NCBI GenBank assembly: GCA_900545935.1
Contig: URAP01000002.1
Coordinates: 50,206-114,205 of the forward strand
DNA length: 64,000 nt
Direction of reading: 5' to 3'
DNA from: an uncultured Eubacteriales bacterium
GTDB taxonomy: Bacteria > Bacillota > Clostridia > Oscillospirales > CAG-272
The translations under genes were made by a program, and so were the position numbers. Numbering within the stretch: position 1 is the stretch's first letter; each line of letters begins with the position of its first letter. The notes beneath the pieces are model-generated. The model saw only the letters and a program-made list of their open reading frames with translations. It did not search any database and was not told where the DNA came from. This document shows positions 32,605 through 39,740 of this stretch, piece after piece.

Positions 32605-33888
32605 TCAGCCGAAGCATCTGTGGATTATGTCGATTATAACAGCCTGCTGCTCCTCGGTCATTTTATTATCGCTCGGCAGGCAGAGCCCGCGATCGAAAAT
32701 ATCCGAGCCGACATCCGTTACACCGCCTGATATATATGCATCTGTCGTCGCGCGGGCAGAGTCGCTGACCGTCACAAATTCACTCATACGGTAGATAGGC
32801 TGCATATGCATGGGCTTCCATATCGGTCTGCCCTCCGCATTGACCGAGCGGATAGCCTGAAGTATTTCCGTCGGGCAGGATTTTCCCGTCTCGGGTATGT
32901 ACATGGCGTTTTCGTCATCTCTGACCTGACGGCACATATACTCGGGATCTATTATCATCGCCGAGAGCCAATAGTTAGGCTCCGAGTCCGGAAGTATCGG
33001 ATTCATCGAGACCGGAAGATCGCTCAATCCCTCCTTATATCTATTATAAATAGCCTTTTTCTGAGCTATATGCTCATTAAGATACTCATACTGACCGCGA
33101 ATAACACCCGCCACAACATTGCTCATGCGATAGTTATAGCCAACCTCCTCATGCTGGTACCATGCAGCCGCCTCACGAGCCTGAGTAGACCATTTGCGCA
33201 CCTTATTAGCGACCGCCTCGCTGCCGGTAAGCAGGCATCCTCCGGACGATCCTGTGATTATCTTGTTGCCGTTATAGCTCACGGCGGCATAGTCACCGAA
33301 TGAGCCGCACTGCTTTCCTCCGAGCGTAGCTCCCATAGCCTCCGCAGCATCCTCTATAAGGATAGCGCCATGCTTATGGCATATATCTCTGATAAAATCA
33401 ATTCTTCCCGGAAAGCCGTACAGGTGTGCCATAATGACAAGTCTTGTATCGGGATAAAGCTCAAACGCTCGCTCGAGAGCACGCGGATCCATATTCCACG
33501 AAGCTTCGTCAGTGTCGATAAATATCGGACTGCCACCCTCATAAACTACGGGATTTGCCGCAGCGGCAAAGGTCATATCCGTGCAGAACACAGTTCTGCC
33601 CTCGAGCGTACCGTGACCCAGAAGCGGCTTTCCGTAAAGCTCCTCACCTGCTGATTTAACGCACAGATGCAGCGCCGCCGTGCATGTTGCGAGTCCGACC
33701 GCATACTTAACGCCCGCATATGCTGCGGCAATGCGCTCGACCTCGTTGATATTCTCCCCCACGGTCGACATCCAGTTGGTCTCGAATGCTCTTGTCATAT
33801 ATTTCAGCTCATCACCGTGCATGGTCGGGGATGAAAGGTATAACTTAGAATCAAATTTTTTAAGAGATTCATCCGAATAAAAAGCCAT
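32605..33888 (-). CDS. DegT/EpsN-type PLP-dependent sugar 4-aminotransferase
   Basis: Collinear with my recollection of B. subtilis EpsN: NWMSTVG, AALHL, IEDAAEAMG, SYNGNKIITGSSGG, YQHEEVGYNYRMSN, GRPIWKP and GLCLPS. I placed the start at MAFYS (ATG 33888) because GAGGA lies 8 nt upstream. Confidence 0.85.
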   Translation of the reverse strand: MAFYSDESLKKFDSKLYLSSPTMHGDELKYMTRAFETNWMSTVGENINEVERIAAAYAGVKYAVGLATCTAALHLCVKSAGEELYGKPLLGHGTLEGRTVFCTDMTFAAAANPVVYEGGSPIFIDTDEASWNMDPRALERAFELYPDTRLVIMAHLYGFPGRIDFIRDICHKHGAILIEDAAEAMGATLGGKQCGSFGDYAAVSYNGNKIITGSSGGCLLTGSEAVANKVRKWSTQAREAAAWYQHEEVGYNYRMSNVVAGVIRGQYEYLNEHIAQKKAIYNRYKEGLSDLPVSMNPILPDSEPNYWLSAMIIDPEYMCRQVRDDENAMYIPETGKSCPTEILQAIRSVNAEGRPIWKPMHMQPIYRMSEFVTVSDSARATTDAYISGGVTDVGSDIFDRGLCLPSDNKMTEEQQAVIIDIIHRCFG

Positions 33889-34069
33889 TTTCATATCCTC
33901 GGTTTGATAAAATGATACTGCCGACGGCAGATGGGTAGAAGTGCAGGTATACAGCAACAGCAAATGAGCAATTTCAACAATACAAATACGTTTGCCGTAT
34001 AATCGAAATCATTATGTACCTGCTGTTGTTATAAAAAAATATGGAAACAAATTATGTACTTTGCATTAC

Positions 34070-34098
34070 ATTTTATCACACGGTAGTTAAAATGTCAA
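34070..34098 (-). promoter_or_regulatory. Sigma-A-type promoter of the polysaccharide locus
   Basis: The minus strand reads TTGACA-N17-TAAAAT with a TGn extension (ttgacattttaactaccgtgtgataaaat). It lies about 175 nt upstream of the aminotransferase ATG. Confidence 0.65.
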
Positions 34099-34308
34099 GA
34101 TACGCCAAGGCTGATTTTTCGGTTTTTAGATTAAAAAACGCCTTTTCGGACGGTTATAATATCAGATTTTTCCACAAAAAGCAACATCAACCTTTTGCGG
34201 TGATAGAAATAAATTATGAACGCTTCATAAATCCGCCGCGATACCTTTTTTGTTTCTTTTTCTCACATAAGCAGCTGTCTTTCCGCAAAAAATTCGGCGG
34301 TTCGGGCA

Positions 34309-34337
34309 TTGATTTACTTGATAAAAAATGATATAAT
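34309..34337 (+). promoter_or_regulatory. Strong sigma-A-type promoter with no intact downstream gene
   Basis: TTGATT-N17-TATAAT with a TGn extension (ttgatttacttgataaaaaatgatataat). Confidence 0.6.
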
Positions 34338-34358
34338 ACCATCGTATCGAGTAGCGAA

Positions 34359-34394
34359 AGCGTAAGTCCGGAGACACGGGCTTACGCTTTTTTT
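34359..34394 (+). terminator. Intrinsic terminator about 15 nt downstream of the predicted transcription start
   Basis: agcgtaagtccg-gagaca-cgggcttacgct forms a 12-bp stem with one G-U pair and is followed by a T run of 6 or more. Confidence 0.75.
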
Positions 34395-34420
34395 ATTATT
34401 TTTCGAAACGGAGTGTAAAA

Positions 34421-34567
34421 ATGAAAAACGAAAACATCGCCGAAAACAAGATGGCAAAGGCTCAGATAAAGCACCTGCTGCTGAGAATGGGACTGCCTAT
34501 GATAGTATCACGCATAAAGAGCGCTCTCGTACGAAATACGGGAGCGCTTTTTTTGGTGTATTACTAA
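34421..34567 (+). pseudogene. Remnant of a MATE efflux transporter gene (N-terminal ~30 codons only)
   Basis: A 48-codon ORF with GGAG 7 nt upstream. MKNENIAENKMAKAQIKHLLLRMGLPMIVS resembles the conserved N-terminus of clostridial MATE proteins (..NKM....KLL..M.LPM.IS). Similarity ends there and a terminator lies inside the ORF tail. Confidence 0.5.
34520..34554 (+). terminator. Intrinsic terminator
   Basis: agcgctctcg-tacgaaata-cgggagcgct forms a 10-bp stem with one G-U pair and is followed by tttttt. Confidence 0.75.
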
Positions 34568-34682
34568 TTATTTTTTCCCGATGCGCCGCAGAGCTGCCTA
34601 TGCCGAAATCTCCTCGTCGACTCTGCGCCGTAAGCAAAAAAGATTTTGCCGCAAGACGGGGCAAGCAAGTTACCGAAAATGC

Positions 34683-34711
34683 TTGAAAAATACACACATA
34701 CGTGTTATAAT
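34683..34711 (+). promoter_or_regulatory. Sigma-A-type promoter of ppiB
   Basis: TTGAAA-N17-TATAAT with a TGn extension (ttgaaaaatacacacatacgtgttataat), about 50 nt upstream of the ATG. Confidence 0.7.
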
Positions 34712-34759
34712 GTAAGATGATATATTTTTGCAATTATCCGAAATGAAAGGACAACAGGA

Positions 34760-35254
34760 ATGATAAGATTTGAAATGCAGTCAGGCGATACAATAGACAT
34801 CGAGCTCTACCCCGAGGAGGCTCCGAAAACCTGCGAGAATTTTGAGAAGCTCGTTCGCGAGGGCTTCTTCGACGGCATACATTTTCACCGTATAGTTCCC
34901 GGCTTTGTGATTCAGGGCGGCGATCCGACAGGCACCGGAACCGGAGGCTCAAAGCAGAACATACCCGGCGAATTCCGCGCGGCAGGCGTTGACAACAAGA
35001 TATCGCACGAAAAGGGCGTTCTCTCGATGGCACGCAGCGGCAGCTACACCCACGGCTTCGACACCGCCTCCTCGCAGTTCTTTATCTGTCTCGACGACAG
35101 CTGCAAGGCGCTTGACGGCTACTATGCCGCATTCGGAAAGGTCGTTGACGGAATGGACGTCGTCGACCGCATCGCATCCGTGCCCACCGACAGCGGCGAC
35201 TACCCGCGCATGGTAACCGACGAGATACTCATCCGCCGCGCAAGCATTATCTAA
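34760..35254 (+). CDS. ppiB: Peptidyl-prolyl cis-trans isomerase, cyclophilin type
   Basis: 164 aa with FHRIVPGFVIQGGDPTGTGTGG and SMARSG...SQFFI. Confidence 0.93.
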   Translation: MIRFEMQSGDTIDIELYPEEAPKTCENFEKLVREGFFDGIHFHRIVPGFVIQGGDPTGTGTGGSKQNIPGEFRAAGVDNKISHEKGVLSMARSGSYTHGFDTASSQFFICLDDSCKALDGYYAAFGKVVDGMDVVDRIASVPTDSGDYPRMVTDEILIRRASII

Positions 35255-35447
35255 GCGCATCGTCGAGACGGTAAAAGTATTTCGAGTACATCACCGAAGC
35301 GATAAGATCAAAAAAAACGGCGGAGCGTCGCAGTATAATGCTGCCGCAACGGAAAGCGATAGCCGCAAGCAGCGGATTGCGCGGTATTGCATACGATGTG
35401 TCAGTGCTCTGCAAAGCCCGACATAGCCGACATCCTTGTCATAGCAG

Positions 35448-35954
35448 TCAGCCGAGCTTATCCGCTCCCTTTGCTCCGCCGCCCGCGAGCGGAACTGTAA
35501 AGCCCGCGGCATCCGCCGTGCTTACATCGCCGCCGATGACCCTGCCGCGATATACGAGAATACTCGCGCGGACCTTGCCCGAATAGTCGGGATAATTGGT
35601 TATTTCATAGGTATACCTGTCAACCTTTTTTCGGCGGTATTTCTTGAGGTCAAGCCCCTGCTCTATCTGAAGTGCATTATATTCCTCAAGCGCATCGTCA
35701 AACTCGGCGGGCACGGTTATCTGCTCACTCTCGGTACAGTCGGATACGACCCATCCGAACTGAGCGAGGAATTCCGCTCCGTCGCCGCTGTTTTTAACGC
35801 CGGTGTACACTATCGTCTTGCCGGAAGCGTCGGCATCGGCAGTAACGTCCCCACCGCCCGGTATCACGGCGATTAGTACTAACAATGTGATGAGCGAGAG
35901 CGCAAGCGCACCGAAAAACTTAACGCTTGATGCCCTGATAGAGTAGATAAACAT
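35448..35954 (-). CDS. Membrane-anchored hypothetical protein (DUF4830-like)
   Basis: 168 aa with one N-terminal TM segment. AEFLAQFGWVV...ITVPAEFD...YNALQ resembles my recollection of DUF4830 proteins. Confidence 0.55.
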   Translation of the reverse strand: MFIYSIRASSVKFFGALALSLITLLVLIAVIPGGGDVTADADASGKTIVYTGVKNSGDGAEFLAQFGWVVSDCTESEQITVPAEFDDALEEYNALQIEQGLDLKKYRRKKVDRYTYEITNYPDYSGKVRASILVYRGRVIGGDVSTADAAGFTVPLAGGGAKGADKLG

Positions 35955-36270
35955 TACGAGTCACCGAACCTTTCGCATATCGTATGCCGTGACCGTCCCT
36001 CTGAGTCCCGGAAGAGCGGCACCTGCAATATTTTGACTGGCAGCGGGCAACACCCGATTCACTCTGCCATAGCATCCTATGCGGTGCGGCTGCAAAATAT
36101 TACAGCGCTGCGCCGCGGCTATTATGATGAATGCATAGCTTAAAGCGGCAAGCCCGCAAAGAAAAGACAAGCTCATATCTACACAAGTATACAAGAAAGA
36201 ACATAACACACGCCGTCACGAAAAGCCGACATCTCGAAAATGCGCACCGATGCGAGAAAGTATAGGATAA

Positions 36271-37419
36271 ATGAACAAGCCTTCAACAGAGAAAATAGTA
36301 ATAAACGGCGGCTGCGCCGCAGAATGCCGCAGCTACGCTCGCGAGCACTTCGGCGACGCATATGCCGTCGTATGCGACGGAAACACCGAGCCTATCGCAC
36401 GCAGAGCCTTCCCGGGCGACGAGCTGATAGTATTTCCTGCCGGAAGCCATGCTACCGAGCAGGCGGCAGACGACTGCATATCGCGCATAAAGAGCGACGA
36501 GCTGTATGGACTGATAGCCTGCGGCTCCGGCTCAGTGCACGACATCGCGCGCTACTCCGCACACGACAGAAAGATACCGTTCGTATCCTTTCCGACCGCG
36601 GCGAGCGTAGACGGCTTTGCTTCCGGTGTCGCTGCAATGACATGGCACGGCAGAAAGGTAACATTTCCGTCCGCGCCGCCGATCGCGCTGTTTGCCGACG
36701 ACGATGTATATTCCTCCGCGCCGCGCGAGCTGCTCGCCTCCGGCGTGGGCGATATCGTAGGAAAATATGTCTCCATCTTCGACTGGATATTTACATCGCT
36801 GCTTACAAGCGAGACGGTAGAGGACGATATATACAAGTTGGAAAATGAGTCACTCGAAACGGTGATGCACTGCGATATCTCATCTCCCGATTATCCGCAC
36901 GGTGTCATGGACTGTCTCGTAAAATCCGGAATAGCCATACAGCTCAAGGGCAGCAGCCGCCCCGCCTCAGGTGCGGAGCATCATCTGTCCCACCTGTGGG
37001 AGATGGGCTGCATAGGAACACCGAGGCACGCCTACCACGGCGAGCAGGTCGGAGTCTCTACCCTATTCGTGCTCGACCGCTACAAGAGAAATCCCCGCCC
37101 GCAGCTGCGCCCTAAGCCGCTCGACCGAGAGCTGCTTCGCCCGACATTCGGCACTCTCACCGACGGCATTATCGAGGAGAATACTCCCGACAGCCTTGCC
37201 GAGATAACGCAGTCGGCACTTGATGCAAATGCAGACCGCATCGCAGAGCTGATAAAGGCACTTCCCGACCCGGAGGAGATACGCGAATATCTGCTCTCGG
37301 TAGACGCAAAAACCACGCTCACCGAGCTCGGACTGCCGGACAGCACCGAATTTATACAACGCAGCCTCGACTGGGCGCCGTACGTCCGCCGCAGGCTCAC
37401 ATATCTCAAGGTAATCTGA
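36271..37419 (+). CDS. sn-Glycerol-1-phosphate dehydrogenase-like (AraM/EgsA type, Fe-ADH superfamily)
   Basis: GSGSVHDIARYSAH...IPFVSFPTAASVDGFAS...GVGDIVGKYVSIFDW is collinear with my recollection of the B. subtilis AraM core (GAGTIHDITRF..PFISVPTAPSVDGF..GFGDMLGK..ADW). Confidence 0.7.
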   Translation: MNKPSTEKIVINGGCAAECRSYAREHFGDAYAVVCDGNTEPIARRAFPGDELIVFPAGSHATEQAADDCISRIKSDELYGLIACGSGSVHDIARYSAHDRKIPFVSFPTAASVDGFASGVAAMTWHGRKVTFPSAPPIALFADDDVYSSAPRELLASGVGDIVGKYVSIFDWIFTSLLTSETVEDDIYKLENESLETVMHCDISSPDYPHGVMDCLVKSGIAIQLKGSSRPASGAEHHLSHLWEMGCIGTPRHAYHGEQVGVSTLFVLDRYKRNPRPQLRPKPLDRELLRPTFGTLTDGIIEENTPDSLAEITQSALDANADRIAELIKALPDPEEIREYLLSVDAKTTLTELGLPDSTEFIQRSLDWAPYVRRRLTYLKVI

Positions 37420-37603
37420 TTTCAGCATAATCCTTGTCCCGCGCCAAGCGCTGCGCCGCTTACGCGAACTGCACTCAGATCCGACACATCGAAGCTGCAT
37501 CGCTCATGTCGGTAATATCGCAGCGCAAATATCGCAAATATCGATGAAGCTTTGATACGGCTTCGACAATAAATCATCCGTCAAACAATGAGAGGCACTG
37601 AAA

Positions 37604-38728
37604 ATGATAAAGGTACTGCATACAGCCGATATACATCTCGATGTACCCTTTAAAATAGCAAATGTTGCAAAAGCTCAGACACGCAGAAGCGAGCTGCGCG
37701 GCGCGCTGTCCTCGCTCTTTACCTACGCGCGGCTCGAGCACTTTGATCTAATGCTCATAGCAGGGGATATGTTCGACCGCGAATTTGTAACGCCGGACAC
37801 AGTAGCGCTCGTGCTGCGCGAAATGGCGGCATGCTCGGATTGCAGGATAATTATCGCTCCCGGAAATCACGACCCGTACACCCCCGGCAGCGTTTGGGCA
37901 AAGACGGAATTTCCGAGCAACGTCTATATCTTCCGTTCCTCGGAGCTTGAAAAGCTGTCGCTTGACGATATCGGAGTTGATGTGTACGGATACGCCTTTA
38001 CGGCGCCGTACATGGATTCCTGCCCTTTTTCCGAACCTCCGTCGCTTGATCCGTCGCGCATAAACATCCTCTGCGGTCACGGCTGCCTGGGCGGCAGCTC
38101 GCGCCATTGTCCCATAACTGCCGAGGATATATCCGGCAGCGGCTTTGACTATATAGCGCTCGGACATATCCACAACAGCGACGGGATAAAACGCACCGGC
38201 AGAACATGGTACGGCTATCCCGGGGCGCTCGAGGGACATGATTTCGGCGAGCCGGGCTTCGGCGGTGCGATAGTCGCGACTATGCAAAAAGTCGGCGGTG
38301 TATTCGACTGCGACGCGAGAGGCAGGCGCTTCTCCCGCCGCCGCTTTGAGACGCTGACGGTAGATACAAGCACCGTACGCTCGGATACCGACCTGCTCGC
38401 GCTGATAGACGGCGAGATAGCCGCACACGGCTACGGTGAGGAAACACAGCTGAGACTCGTACTGACCGGATTTCTATCGAGCGCAGTAGCGCTGAGCGAG
38501 AGTGCGATACTCGACCACATATCTCCGTCTCTGTTCTATGCAGAGCTTGTCATGAATACAGAGCCGCTGCCCGAGGGTGACGGTCTCGACCTCGACCCGA
38601 CCGTTCGCGGTGCTTTCTACAACTCGCTGCGCCCCGAGCTCGAGTCGGACGATCCGGAGCTGCGCAGAACAGCCTCCGATGCATTGCGCTACGGTCTGTC
38701 GGCGCTGCGCGGCGATAGCATTCTATAA
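37604..38728 (+). CDS. SbcD/Mre11-like metallophosphoesterase (YhaO type DNA repair exonuclease)
   Basis: All calcineurin-like motifs are present: HTADIHLD, IAGDMFD, APGNHD, CGHG and LGHIHN. Confidence 0.85.
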   Translation: MIKVLHTADIHLDVPFKIANVAKAQTRRSELRGALSSLFTYARLEHFDLMLIAGDMFDREFVTPDTVALVLREMAACSDCRIIIAPGNHDPYTPGSVWAKTEFPSNVYIFRSSELEKLSLDDIGVDVYGYAFTAPYMDSCPFSEPPSLDPSRINILCGHGCLGGSSRHCPITAEDISGSGFDYIALGHIHNSDGIKRTGRTWYGYPGALEGHDFGEPGFGGAIVATMQKVGGVFDCDARGRRFSRRRFETLTVDTSTVRSDTDLLALIDGEIAAHGYGEETQLRLVLTGFLSSAVALSESAILDHISPSLFYAELVMNTEPLPEGDGLDLDPTVRGAFYNSLRPELESDDPELRRTASDALRYGLSALRGDSIL

Positions 38729-38961
38729 ATACAGTACGCCGTGATTTTGACGGAGCAATCCTTTTTAAGGAATTTCATTCAAAAGCACAGCCAAGCCCCT
38801 GAATGAAAAAGCGCATACCGTCTCGAAGCATTGATCGCGTCCGGCACAAGCAGGAATCGACACATAGATTCCAAACATAGATTTCGGGGCGTACCTCGAG
38901 GCAGTGCAAAGCAGACCTCCGTATTTTCCGATTAATATGAACGCCGAAGAAAGGTAATATA

Positions 38962-39687
38962 ATGCCGCTGAAATACAAATACATTTTTCTTGACGCTGAC
39001 GAAACGCTCTTTGATTTCGACACCAGCGAGTACAACGCATTCCGCGAAACAACGCTCAGCTACGGTTATCCGTTTACGGATGAGCTGTACGACGAATACC
39101 ATCTTGTCAACAAAAGCCTATGGGAGGAGTTTGAGCTCGGCAAGGTCACAAAGGCATTTCTCACCGTCGAGCGTTTCCGCCGCGTAATAGATGCGCACGG
39201 AATAGCCGCCGACCCGGAGGAGTTTTCAAGGTGCTACAAGGAGGCGCTCGCGAACCAGTGCATCCTTCTGCCGGGCGCAGAAGAATTTTGCCGCACGCTT
39301 GCCCCTGAGGCAGAGCTTTATATCCTGACGAACGGTATTACAATGATACAGACAAGGCGGTTCGAGCGCTCCTCCATCCGTGAGCTCATCAAAGGGCTGT
39401 TCATATCGGAGCAGGTAGGAACGCCGAAGCCGAACAAGGAATTTTTCGAAGCTGTTTTTGCATCCGTACCAGACTTTGACAAGAGCAAGGCGGTAATGAT
39501 AGGCGACTCGCTCTCGAGCGACATTCGCGGCGGAATAAACGCCGGAATAACCACCATATGGTACAATCCGCACCTGAAGCGTAACGATCTCGGCGTTTGT
39601 CCCGACTACACCGCGACGAGCTATGAACAGGTACTGCGCATCCTGCACAGTGAAACGGGCAGAGTGCCGCCGCATGTATCGGTATAA
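38962..39687 (+). CDS. HAD-superfamily hydrolase (YjjG-like nucleotidase type)
   Basis: Motif I is IFLDADETLFDF, and motifs III/IV are K...MIGDSLSSDIRGG. Confidence 0.75.
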   Translation: MPLKYKYIFLDADETLFDFDTSEYNAFRETTLSYGYPFTDELYDEYHLVNKSLWEEFELGKVTKAFLTVERFRRVIDAHGIAADPEEFSRCYKEALANQCILLPGAEEFCRTLAPEAELYILTNGITMIQTRRFERSSIRELIKGLFISEQVGTPKPNKEFFEAVFASVPDFDKSKAVMIGDSLSSDIRGGINAGITTIWYNPHLKRNDLGVCPDYTATSYEQVLRILHSETGRVPPHVSV

Positions 39688-39740
39688 GCAAAGCATAACG
39701 CCAATAAACCGGGCTGAGACTAAAGGAGTATCACCTGACT

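Noticed and set aside
34041-34331. 96-aa ORF in the AT-rich gap between the capsule locus and ppiB
   Set aside because: It has no RBS and odd composition. It is overlapped by two well-formed divergent promoters (34070-34098 minus strand, 34309-34337 plus strand). It is more likely noncoding regulatory DNA.
35961-36209. 82-aa minus-strand ORF just upstream of the DUF4830-like gene
   Set aside because: It has one hydrophobic stretch but no RBS, no recognisable family and an alternative-start context. I cannot support it as a gene from the sequence alone.
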